From: Candidatus Bathyarchaeia archaeon
Lineage (GTDB): Archaea > Thermoproteota > Bathyarchaeia > TCS64
Reading direction: 5' to 3'
DNA length: 40,435 bases
Assembly: GCA_050014495.1 (NCBI GenBank)
Contig: JBEKDF010000026.1
Location: 1-40,435 of the forward strand
The stretch's first letter is position 1. Each line of letters begins with the position of its first letter. Shown here one piece after another: positions 30,015 to 39,432 of this stretch. Below the pieces are notes generated by a model. That model was not told the DNA's origin. It worked only from the letters and a program-made list of their open reading frames with translations, and did no database searches. Both the position numbers and the translations under genes were made by a program.

Positions 30015-31385
30015 TTGTCGGAAATAGCGTTAATCTATCCATATACGGATCCGCCACGCAACAAATCGATCTTCAGGTTTCCGCCCCTCGGAATAGGCTA
30101 CATATCCGCCCACCTTCGTGATGCAGGGTACAAAAACTCTATTATCGACGCAACATTCATCGGCGAGAAAGAAGCAATCGCGAAGGTCAGGTCGCTTCAT
30201 CTCAGAATAATTGGTATCTACTCGATGTTTACCATGCGGGAAGCCAGCCTCCGATTCGCACGCGCCCTACGAAACGACTGCGACTTACTAGTCGCAGGCG
30301 GCCCACTCCCCACAGTTGAACCAGAATCCTATCTTAACGACTTCGATGTAGCCGCTGTCGGAGAAGGAGAGGAGACAACGCTCGAAATAGCGAGAGGGTT
30401 AAAACTCAGGGAAATAGACGGGCTTGTCTACCGTGAACGAGCTGGAAGGCCCCTGAGGCCTGGAGAGTCTGGTGGTGATGTAATCCACAACTCCCCACGG
30501 CGCGTCCTCAAGAACCTTGATGCGATTCCTCTACCTGCCCGAGACCTCTTTGACAATCAACACTACATAGGCTACTACAAGCAGAGAGGCGAACCCCCTA
30601 CGACGAGTGCAATAACGAGTCGCGGCTGCCCCTTTGCATGCGACTTCTGCAGCCACCCAATCTTCGGCGAGAGTTTCCGCGAGCGCAGTGCAGCAAACAT
30701 GGCTGATGAGGTCGAGCAGGTTCTCTCACTGGGATACGAGCGGGTCTTCTTCCAGGACGATTGCTTCACACTCACAAAGGGAAGAGTTACAAAGTTCTGC
30801 GAAGAGGTTGAGCGCCGAGGTCTTCGGTTTGGCTGGGAGTGCCTCAGCCGGGTAGACAGTATGGATAGAGATACCGCTGCCCGAATGCATGCTGCGGGTT
30901 GTGACCAAGTTTTCTTCGGACTTGAGTCCGGCAGTGAGAGGGTGCTTAAGATAATGAATAAGAGCGCCACCCCCGAGATGGGAAGGAGGGCAGTTGAGGC
31001 TGCCAAGGCTGGTGGTCTGAAAACGGGTGCCTTCTTCATCTTTGGTTACCCTGGCGACGATACTGAGTCGATGCTTGAGACGCTTCACTTCGCCAACAGC
31101 CTACCTTTGGACTACCTCAGTTTCACGTATCCTTACCCGATTCCCGGTACGCCTCTCTATGAGAGGGTTAAGGATAAGATGATGGAGGGGAACCCCGAGC
31201 CCCAGCAGAAGGGGCTCGTTCATCATCAGCTTATCTACTACAGTGAAATCCCGGAGATTAAACTCAAATTCGGTATAATAGAGGGTTTAACCATCCACTA
31301 CCTAAAGCTCCACTTTGGTCGTGTGGCGCCACTCTTAGTTAGACCGTTTAAATTCATAGGTGATGGGGTGTTCAGACGTCTTTAG
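30015..31385 (+). CDS. B12-binding radical SAM protein
   Basis: PPLGIGYI B12-domain start, GEGEET, TSRGCPFACDFC, FQDD, GLESGS. Confidence 0.93.
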   Translation: MSEIALIYPYTDPPRNKSIFRFPPLGIGYISAHLRDAGYKNSIIDATFIGEKEAIAKVRSLHLRIIGIYSMFTMREASLRFARALRNDCDLLVAGGPLPTVEPESYLNDFDVAAVGEGEETTLEIARGLKLREIDGLVYRERAGRPLRPGESGGDVIHNSPRRVLKNLDAIPLPARDLFDNQHYIGYYKQRGEPPTTSAITSRGCPFACDFCSHPIFGESFRERSAANMADEVEQVLSLGYERVFFQDDCFTLTKGRVTKFCEEVERRGLRFGWECLSRVDSMDRDTAARMHAAGCDQVFFGLESGSERVLKIMNKSATPEMGRRAVEAAKAGGLKTGAFFIFGYPGDDTESMLETLHFANSLPLDYLSFTYPYPIPGTPLYERVKDKMMEGNPEPQQKGLVHHQLIYYSEIPEIKLKFGIIEGLTIHYLKLHFGRVAPLLVRPFKFIGDGVFRRL

Positions 31386-31468
31386 ATCGATTATTGAGTA
31401 TATACGCGATCAAGTTTTTAGTATCTTTTGGTCCTTGTATTAGATAAATAATCTTTAGCGCATATAAT

Positions 31469-31774
31469 CTAAATCTCTACTTGAATCTGATCGCCTTCGA
31501 CTCTCACAAGGTAAGATGGCTCTGGCTTAGCTGCCGGACCCTTGTACACTGCTCCGGACTTCAGTTCAAAGGTTGATCCATGGCACACGCATCGAATTCT
31601 CATACCATCTATCGTTCCATCGCTTAACATGCATCCCCTATGCGTGCACTTCCCCCCAATTGCATAGTATTCATTCTCCAAATTAACGAGCAGAACAGGT
31701 TCACCAGCTAGAACTATACCCAGCTTCTCCCCAGGATTAAGGTCGTTGACGGATGCTGCTCTTCTGAACTCCAT
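31469..31774 (-). CDS. Rieske-type [2Fe-2S] ferredoxin
   Basis: CTHRGC...CVCHGSTF motifs and GPA. Confidence 0.93.
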   Translation of the reverse strand: MEFRRAASVNDLNPGEKLGIVLAGEPVLLVNLENEYYAIGGKCTHRGCMLSDGTIDGMRIRCVCHGSTFELKSGAVYKGPAAKPEPSYLVRVEGDQIQVEI

Positions 31775-31837
31775 CTTCTTGACTCCTAATGACTAGTTCA
31801 GTAGTTTGAATAAAAAATATGCGTGCGCTATCTGGCA

Positions 31838-32537
31838 TTAATATCCTGGGAAGATTTCGGTCTTCACTTGTTGTTGGCATCTTCAGATCCATTATCATAA
31901 TGTTGGTTAGATCGTCGACCATCTTCTGTGGGCCAGATATGTAAGTTACTCGGTCCATGAAATCTGGCACGACCCTACGCATCATATCTTCATTGATTCT
32001 CCCCGTTAGGCCGTCCCATTTTCCTTTCGGCTGGGTTATGGTGTAGATGATTTTGATTTGATCATTGTTCTTCTGCATGTCGTCCAGCTCGGCTTTGAAG
32101 GCGATGTCGTCCTCAGAGGTGTTGGAGTAGAGGAGTGTAATATCTGATTTCAGCATCAGATCAGTGCAATATCGCATAATGCTTCGGATCGGTGTAATGC
32201 CGATTCCACCGGTCAGCGCCAGGATCTTGGTGTACTCGCCCACGAAGGTGAAGTCTCCTTCGGGGCCATCAATCTCAACCTTTTCTCCGACTTTCAGGGA
32301 TGCAAGTGCGTTAGCGAACTCGTGGCCTGTGAGCCTTTTAGTCAACTTAAGGTGGGTTAATTCTGTGGGGCTGCTGGAGATTGTGAAGTGTTTCTCTGCT
32401 TTTTGGCCGCTGATTGTTAGTTCAATGTACATGTATTGGCCTGGCAGATAGTTGAATTCCTCTGGTCTGTTGAATCTGAGACTGATATCATTTGGAGTTC
32501 TCTGGATTATCTCCTTGACAACGGCCTCGAACTGCAT
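31838..32537 (-). CDS. FNR-like FAD/NAD(P)-binding oxidoreductase with a C-terminal frameshift
   Basis: Motifs PGQY, HFTISS, GGIGITP and ISGP. The canonical tail QVKTEIFPGY* is in another frame, ending at 31838. Confidence 0.85.
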
Positions 32538-32703
32538 GTCTGCTTCTTTAATTATTCGGGAAGAGTTGATAAAAAGGTTGGTCAGTGGCGCGTGCAAGTG
32601 TATATGTAGTGGGACCTTACAGCCTCACCCTCGCTCCGCTGCAGACGCGCGCACCATAATCAAGGTTTAATACCTATTTTTTCAATGGTAGTAACGTACT
32701 ACT

Positions 32704-34179
32704 TTGACCGGTGAAATCTCATCAAATAAAGGTGATAGAGGTGAGCAGGTTCTACTAGTGTTTCCAGGAAAGTACAATGTTCCAAACCCACAGATTCCCC
32801 TTTCGATACTACACTTGGCTGCTTACCTAAAGAGGAGTGGCTTCGAGGTAAAGATCCATGATATGAGAATTGAGAAGTACAACGACAATCTACTTCGGGA
32901 TCCCCTCTTCGTTGGAATAAGCTCGATGAGTGGCCACCAAATAAGATACGGACTGGATTTCGCTCGGAAAGTTAGGTATGTCGATGCGAAGATACCGATC
33001 GTGTGGGGAGGAGTTCACCCGAGTCTCTTACCGGAGCAAACCATAACAAACGAGTTTGTGGATGTAGTCGTACGCGGAGAAGGTGAGGAGACGATCGTCG
33101 ACCTCGCCAAGAGATTCGCCGCGAACCAACCGCTCGACGATGTAGCCGGTATAACCTACAAGGCTGAAGGAAAGATCAGGAGCAACCCCGATAGATCGCC
33201 AATTAATCTGGACGAGATCCCTGTAGACCTCCCATACGATCTCATCGATACAGAGCGTTATCCCTCAATCAAGTCAGGCCGATTCCACATACAGACGAGC
33301 CGGGGGTGTCCACATAGATGTGGGTTCTGCTACAACACTGTATTCAACAAGAGGAGCTGGAGAAGTAAGAGCCCTGAGAGGGTTCTAAACGAGTTCGAGT
33401 ACGTACTTGACAAGTATCCCCATATTAAATGTCTAGATTTAATCGATGACAACTACTTCGTCGACAAGTCAAGGGTGGAGGCCATTTGCAAGGGGATGCT
33501 TGAACGAGGAATTGACGCCACATGGCGCGCCGACTGCAGGTTTGACTACATGTCGAAATATGAAGAGAGTTTCATTAGACTACTCGAGAAGTCGGGGTGC
33601 ATCGAGCTAAACTTCGGCGCTGAGACAGGTTCGGACCGCCTCCTGGAGTTGATTCATAAGGACGTCACCACTGACATGATGTTCAAATCGGTCGAGAAGC
33701 TGAGGGACTACGCACCCTCCATCGAGCTATACGTATTCTGGATGAGTGGACTCCCCGAGGAAACTGAAAGCGATCTTGAAAAAACCTACGGGGTGATGGA
33801 GAGACTATCGGAGATAAACCGGAAGACGCAGCATGTTGAGATATGCATCTACACCCCCTTTCCCAGCCCGATGCTCACCGAGTTCGCATCAGATTACAAG
33901 CTCCCAACATCACTCGAGGAGTGGGGAGGTGTGGACGTGTTCCACTTCAGGCCCCCATGGCACGAAAAAGGCTACGTAGACAAGCTTGAGGCCATATCCG
34001 CAGTCACGAGGTACACCTTCTATCCCAAGGCCAGGATCAGAGAGATGAAGCAGCCATTTAGAGCCGGGTATAAACTAATGCATAGGGTAGCTAGCTTCAG
34101 GTGGAAACACAAATACTTCAGCTACCCAATGGAGCTGAAGGCCGTCAGCTCCCTATCTCGTAGGCTACGGGGCTACTGA
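32704..34179 (+). CDS. B12-binding radical SAM protein
   Basis: Motifs IPLSILHL, WGGVHPS, GEGEET, TSRGCPHRCGFC, DDNY and GAETGS. Confidence 0.93.
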   Translation: MTGEISSNKGDRGEQVLLVFPGKYNVPNPQIPLSILHLAAYLKRSGFEVKIHDMRIEKYNDNLLRDPLFVGISSMSGHQIRYGLDFARKVRYVDAKIPIVWGGVHPSLLPEQTITNEFVDVVVRGEGEETIVDLAKRFAANQPLDDVAGITYKAEGKIRSNPDRSPINLDEIPVDLPYDLIDTERYPSIKSGRFHIQTSRGCPHRCGFCYNTVFNKRSWRSKSPERVLNEFEYVLDKYPHIKCLDLIDDNYFVDKSRVEAICKGMLERGIDATWRADCRFDYMSKYEESFIRLLEKSGCIELNFGAETGSDRLLELIHKDVTTDMMFKSVEKLRDYAPSIELYVFWMSGLPEETESDLEKTYGVMERLSEINRKTQHVEICIYTPFPSPMLTEFASDYKLPTSLEEWGGVDVFHFRPPWHEKGYVDKLEAISAVTRYTFYPKARIREMKQPFRAGYKLMHRVASFRWKHKYFSYPMELKAVSSLSRRLRGY

Positions 34180-34180
34180 A

Positions 34181-35419
34181 GTGGGTGAAGCTAACAAAGG
34201 TACCACAAGTCACATCTCCAAGATTATAGACGGCAACGTCAATTTCGGCATAAAAATACCGAAGAGGTACCTAGTCTCCATTGCAGCAGTTCTTGTTATG
34301 AAGACTCTTGTGGCCATCATTGTATATTATTTGCTCAACCTCGGAGTCGTGGGAAGCTACTGGATGGACCAGACCAGAGTATTCTCAGGGCCTCAGAATC
34401 TTATCCTCTGGCAGAATCCTTATCACGCATCGAGCGGGGAGTACCTGTTCCTAGGCTGGGACAGCGCCTGGTATCTCAGCATCATCGCGAAGGGCTACTC
34501 CTTCAGCCCACAGAGCATCGCCTTCTTCCCGGGCCTGCCCTCGATCTCAGGCATACTAAACCTGGCTCTAGCTAACCCTGTCTCTTCCCTATTGATCGTC
34601 ACACTGCTATCCGGAGTTGCTTGGGTCCCGTTGTTTCAGGCTATCTCGGAACACTACATGGAAAAGCGCCTCGCCCTGGTATCGACGCTGATCTTTGCCC
34701 TCTCTCCCTTCACCCTCCTCTTCTCCACGGTGGCTTACGCCGAGGGATTGTTCTTACTCCTAAGCCTAGGTTCATGGTGGCTATGTCTCAAGGGTAGATT
34801 TGGCTCCGCCACGATTGTCGCTACAGTCTCCGCTACCACAAGACCGGTGGGACTTCTCCTCGCTTTACCCATTTTCCTCAAAGCGCTGAAAACCAAGCGG
34901 ATCAAACACATTTCCGAGAAACTTTACATCCTTGCTGCGCCTGGCTTAGGCTACCTGTCGGCGTGGGTAAACGGATGGCTCGTCACCGGCAATCTCTATG
35001 CTATCATCATGGTTAACGAATGGGGGACGATGTACAGTTTCTTCACTTTCATCACGAGGCTTCTCCCGGTCTATCTCCTAGGCTCATTCTCTATGATCAC
35101 ACAGTATCTCACTATAAACCCCCTACTACCCTACTTCATCATGCTATTCCTAATCCTGACACCGATCACCATCATCTATTTTATCAGAATCGACAAGGAG
35201 CTGGCGATTTATAGCCTAACATATTACATTGGGATTCTAGTCTTCGGAGCCATATTATCAATTCCACGCTACTTTTCCTTCCTCTTCCCGCTTTGGCTAA
35301 CCCCCAGTATCTCTCGAGCGTTTTCGGGGAAACGAATACTAATCCCTTACTTGATATTATCTGTGGCAATCACGATAATATTATGGCTGAGTTTCCTCAA
35401 CGGGGTCTTCGTTGGATGA
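34181..35419 (+). CDS. GT-C membrane glycosyltransferase (PIG-V/mannosyltransferase-like)
   Basis: Motifs WDSAWYLSII..GY, AFFPGLP, YAEGLFL and TRPVG; multiple TM helices. Confidence 0.87.
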   Translation: MGEANKGTTSHISKIIDGNVNFGIKIPKRYLVSIAAVLVMKTLVAIIVYYLLNLGVVGSYWMDQTRVFSGPQNLILWQNPYHASSGEYLFLGWDSAWYLSIIAKGYSFSPQSIAFFPGLPSISGILNLALANPVSSLLIVTLLSGVAWVPLFQAISEHYMEKRLALVSTLIFALSPFTLLFSTVAYAEGLFLLLSLGSWWLCLKGRFGSATIVATVSATTRPVGLLLALPIFLKALKTKRIKHISEKLYILAAPGLGYLSAWVNGWLVTGNLYAIIMVNEWGTMYSFFTFITRLLPVYLLGSFSMITQYLTINPLLPYFIMLFLILTPITIIYFIRIDKELAIYSLTYYIGILVFGAILSIPRYFSFLFPLWLTPSISRAFSGKRILIPYLILSVAITIILWLSFLNGVFVG

Positions 35420-35510
35420 CTCCAACTCGACGCATGTTGTTCACAATAAGGAAAACGTGACAGCCATAAGCTCGGGATTAAGTATAGGAATTCAACTCTA
35501 AGTAATACAC

Positions 35511-36959
35511 TTGGCTAATCTCGACAAACCTCTGTACGAAGAGTACACTCTTACTCGCTTTAACGAAGCGATAGCTAAGGAAGTAAAAAACAAGTGGGCT
35601 AGGATCTGGGGCATGTTGATTTTCTCGGGATCAACTATGGTCCTGTTCCCAGGGGGACCGAATATAAGAGACTTTGTTGACGCAGCCTTCTTCGCTACGA
35701 AGATTAGTTGGCTAATCCCTTTACCTTTGCTATTCATCCAGAGCATAGGGGTCAATAGGATCCTCACGCCGGGCCTTATGATTGACTCAAGGAAAATCAA
35801 GTACTGCAGGGATGAGTTAGGCACCAAGCGAATAATCTACACTATAACGACTAAGGGTGAGAACCTCACAACTCTATCCGACTCGTTTAACTCCACGGTT
35901 CATTGGATTACCGAGGTGAAGGACAAGTATCACCTTCAATTCACTTCAGAAGTTTGGGTCGTCACGGAGGAGGCTAATTATGAGAAAAACCGAAGTTTTT
36001 ACCGAAGCCTGGAGGAGAAAGGTGGCATAATCGTTGCCACTCCAAGGTCCTACACAACACAAAACAACTCCCACTTTAAGGCTAGGGCGCTCCAATATGC
36101 AGTAAAAACCAGGATTGAACGAGGCATCAACTCCCCAGAGGATTGGGTATACCACCAAGATACCGAAACCATGATCGGTGAGGACACTGTACTCGGTAAC
36201 TTGGACTTCATAAACGAGGCAAGCGATAGTCGCCTGATTGGCTCAGGCATAATACTTTACCCCCAAGATTGGCGGTACCAGTACAACTCGGTGGAGGAGA
36301 CCACAAGATCAGTTGGTGACATCAGCGCTTTAGGGCAGGCAGAGATGTGGGGCGCTGTCCCCTTCGGCTACCACGGCTCCCACTTCATTGTAAGGGCCGA
36401 TGTCGAGAATACAATAGGTTGGGACTTCGGCGATAACCGATCTGAGGATCTCTACTTTTGGTTACAGGTGAGGAAGAAGTATGGGTTGGTCGCTCGCCCT
36501 CTGAAGGGGTTTGCCTACGAGAAACCACCCTTGACATTCACCGATCACCTCAAGCAGAGAAGAAGATGGGTCCTCGGATCGATTGATGTTCTTAAGCGTT
36601 CAGATAATCCCATCAGATTCAGGGCCCCGCTCATCTACGGTCTTCTGTCATGGTTATCCGCTCTCCCCTCCTTAGCGGCTGCCATGCTGAGCCTAATTAG
36701 ACCTACAGGCGGCATTATCGATTATTTGGGGGGATTAATAGCCGGGTTCACCTGGTGGTCGATAATCAGTAACTACTTGGTTGGGTTAGAGATCCACGAG
36801 GTTTATGTCGAAAAAAAGGTGAATTGGAAGCTGTTAAGACTGATTTGGTCGGCGGCTTTAGGAATCCTAGCAGACGCTGTCTCCCCCTGGTATGCATTGA
36901 TCTGGAGAACAAAGGGTTACGATGAGGTTAAGAAGGATACGCGCGTCAACCCGGCTTAG
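35511..36959 (+). CDS. GT2 membrane glycosyltransferase (egghead/BRE-3-like beta-mannosyltransferase type)
   Basis: Motifs FKARALQY, WVYHQDTET, HGS, SED and QRRRW; N- and C-terminal TM segments. Confidence 0.85.
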   Translation: MANLDKPLYEEYTLTRFNEAIAKEVKNKWARIWGMLIFSGSTMVLFPGGPNIRDFVDAAFFATKISWLIPLPLLFIQSIGVNRILTPGLMIDSRKIKYCRDELGTKRIIYTITTKGENLTTLSDSFNSTVHWITEVKDKYHLQFTSEVWVVTEEANYEKNRSFYRSLEEKGGIIVATPRSYTTQNNSHFKARALQYAVKTRIERGINSPEDWVYHQDTETMIGEDTVLGNLDFINEASDSRLIGSGIILYPQDWRYQYNSVEETTRSVGDISALGQAEMWGAVPFGYHGSHFIVRADVENTIGWDFGDNRSEDLYFWLQVRKKYGLVARPLKGFAYEKPPLTFTDHLKQRRRWVLGSIDVLKRSDNPIRFRAPLIYGLLSWLSALPSLAAAMLSLIRPTGGIIDYLGGLIAGFTWWSIISNYLVGLEIHEVYVEKKVNWKLLRLIWSAALGILADAVSPWYALIWRTKGYDEVKKDTRVNPA

Positions 36960-37392
36960 CGAGTACATAGAGTTCAATATAGAGCAGAATGCCGATGGTT
37001 GCTGTCGTTGCCCATAGGATTATTGTTGGCTTCATAAATCTCCTGTTTTTTAGGCATTCGACCAGGGGTTTATTAAGTCTCCATTTCAATGCGAGGTAGT
37101 AGCCTAAGGTTAAGGAGACTGTTCCCAATCCAGCGTGAAGTATTGCAATGATTGAGAGCGGATTAGCGGGGTTAATTGCTATGAAACCCAGTCCTAATAG
37201 GAGTGAGGGCAGCATGATGGTGGCCAGTGATACGGTGTTAAGAGCAACTGCCACCGTCATGTATTTGCCATGTTGTTTGAAGTTCTTCCTTCTCGCTCTG
37301 CTTCTGCCTATTAATAGAAAGCAGAGAATCGCGATTTGAAGGATTAGGTTAATATCGGCTGGTATCCCGGCTGTCGTGCCTAAAAATCCCAT
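36946..37392 (-). CDS. DUF420-like 4-TM membrane protein
   Basis: Four TM helices, HGKYM, ILHAGLG and C-terminal GILLY. Confidence 0.72.
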   Translation of the reverse strand: MGFLGTTAGIPADINLILQIAILCFLLIGRSRARRKNFKQHGKYMTVAVALNTVSLATIMLPSLLLGLGFIAINPANPLSIIAILHAGLGTVSLTLGYYLALKWRLNKPLVECLKNRRFMKPTIILWATTATIGILLYIELYVLAKPG

Positions 37393-37452
37393 TTTATAGT
37401 ATAGTTATGTGATTAATTAATAAAAGTTGAGTGAACCAGCTCTGTGGTTCAT

Positions 37453-37780
37453 TTATGGTGCGGCGCCTTGTCCGCAGAAATATTCTTCAATCATGTTTGT
37501 TGTATTGTCGTAACTTGTATCCTATGAAGTTCTCACATACTGGGCAAGTACATATTTTTGTAAAGTCTAAATCTTTACAAGGTGACGCGCCTTTAGAACA
37601 ATATACTCCTGATAGTGACTTGGGCTCTGGAAGTTTCTTCCTAAGCTCGCTATCTGCGGATGCCTCCTTGATCATTAAACCAGCATCTCTCCCCATTTTC
37701 GAGCAGGGACTATCTAATTGCACCAGACAATTGAAACAGATACACTAGATAACAGTATCGAGGTTGAATGGAACCTTCAT
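37453..37780 (-). pseudogene. DUF2769-like Cys-rich protein, disrupted
   Basis: MKVPFNLDTVI*CICFNC...VYCSKG...CTCPVC. In-frame TAG at 37745-37747, plus a frameshift separating the YFCGQGAA tail. Confidence 0.8.
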
Positions 37781-37886
37781 GATTTTTCAATTATTCTTTG
37801 TGAATGGCGGTTTAAATTACTTAAGGAACCGTTCTCGCCTTGCCGCGTGCACCGTCAGTTTTAAGATTCTTCACCGGTTTTAAATA

Positions 37887-38735
37887 CTAATTAGGGTCTG
37901 TCCTCGGACCAATCTTTACCTTATAGCTGATAGAATCATGTCTCCTAAACGATAACGTCAAGCCTGCCCAGCTGAGCCTCCCCTTCACCCTCTCTCGGCC
38001 ACGCCAAAAACTAGCCCCCAATGGCTTAAGCACAGTGAATGATAGCCCTCCATCGAGAGTCGAGAGCGTAGCCTTCTCCGCATCAACCTTCTCCCAAGCA
38101 CCAATCTCGTTGTCGATAAGTGTAGAACTCAAGTCATCATATCTTCTAAACGTAAGGGCACCCTGCTCATTAAGTAACATCAACTCCTCACATCCTTCGC
38201 TAAGCTCCGTGGAGACATCAATCCCGATCTCATCCTGGCGGACTGAGTAGAGTACACTAACCCGTCCTCTCGATTGGGCGACTATGAAGCTCGTCCTCAC
38301 CCCAACCATGTTCCTGAGCTCCATTATCTTGTCGAAGAAGGGTCTCAGATAATTAAGGGACAGGTAAAGAATACTGAAAATACGGTGTGCAGGATGATAG
38401 ATGGCGTCGCTTATCCTTGATTCGCCGAGGCTTTTTACTGAGACGGTATCCAACTCATATATTTTCTCGATGATTGGATACGGATCGCTTTGGATCATTC
38501 TGAGTGTCGCTGAGCCGGGGAAGAGGGTTTTATCTCTGAATATGGCGATAGGGAGCCCAAAGCCCGCTCCCTCCTCTACGAGCTCCACACCTCCTTTGAC
38601 TAAAATCAAGGCCTTATGTATACCTGCTAACTCCAGGTTCCCTGGCCTCCGATCCGGGTAAATCCTGAGGGCGAATCCATTCGATAAGTCGATGGTTATA
38701 GACTCCGCCGATCTAACGTCACTGTCTCTCGCCAT
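37887..38735 (-). CDS. Hypothetical protein (beta-rich)
   Basis: 282-aa ORF with EEGAGFGLP, NEQGA and GRE...WAGL segments; no function recognised. Confidence 0.8.
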   Translation of the reverse strand: MARDSDVRSAESITIDLSNGFALRIYPDRRPGNLELAGIHKALILVKGGVELVEEGAGFGLPIAIFRDKTLFPGSATLRMIQSDPYPIIEKIYELDTVSVKSLGESRISDAIYHPAHRIFSILYLSLNYLRPFFDKIMELRNMVGVRTSFIVAQSRGRVSVLYSVRQDEIGIDVSTELSEGCEELMLLNEQGALTFRRYDDLSSTLIDNEIGAWEKVDAEKATLSTLDGGLSFTVLKPLGASFWRGRERVKGRLSWAGLTLSFRRHDSISYKVKIGPRTDPN

Positions 38736-38875
38736 CTCTTCACTATGAAGAATCTCATAGCGGTCCGCAATAAAGATGATAGAAGGCGCGCACTCTGAGA
38801 AGCAGAACCCTGAGCTTCGGTGCCGAATTGAGGAATTGACATCTCGCTAGTCTTATGCTTCGTTCCACCATCAAC

Positions 38876-39162
38876 TTACTGTTCGTCAAATAGTCATTTT
38901 ATTTCAGAAGGTGGGTTATGACCAGCTTATCAACAACTGCATTTTTGAGTATAGTACTAAGTTTTGATAGATCTAAACGCAATAAGTAAACGCCGAATAT
39001 GTAAAAGAATATTGAGGCAACTTGAGCGTTTATTACATTAAGACAACCTAAGAATTCATATCTTTTAGTTATGAGTAAAAGAGCCGGGCGATAGAAGCAT
39101 TCACCCGTTTGAATTTATCATAAATACCTAAATGTTACCAATTGTTTACCTAAATATTGCTT
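38876..39162 (+). repeat. att-like repeat, copy C (full length, with rnpB 3'-end homology at 38905-38926)
   Basis: TTACTGTTCG...AGTCATTTTAT, core CAGAAGGTGGGTTATGACCAGC, inverted repeats at 38962 and 39106, 11-bp repeats after 39125. Confidence 0.92.
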
Positions 39163-39240
39163 CTAAGTTGCATCTACGCGTATGGATGAGGCAAGAAAGT
39201 GGTATCTGGTAGATGTAAATAAATGCACGCGCGCATATGC

Positions 39241-39432
39241 CTAGCAGCCGACTGCAATCGATTCAAAGTCAATGAGTTTGGTCGTCACGCCGCCGCGGAG
39301 TTGCTTCGTTGCCGGATCCTTGATGGCCCTTACGGGCTGTCCCCAGTCGTGGAGTTCCTCGCTGACCCAATCTAAGTCATGGCCCATAGAGGTTAACTTG
39401 TCCCTAACTGATGGCGAAAATCTGCTATCGCT
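39241..39432 (-). pseudogene. C-terminal remnant, gamma-glutamyltransferase-like
   Basis: DSRFSPSVRDKLTSMGH...IKDPATKQLRGG...AVGC* resembles the GGT C-terminus. Confidence 0.65.

Noticed and set aside
37745..37747. In-frame TAG in the DUF2769-like gene as pyrrolysine read-through
   Set aside because: The same gene also has a frameshift before its YFC tail, no pyl genes are in the window, and the MttB is non-Pyl; pseudogenisation is simpler.
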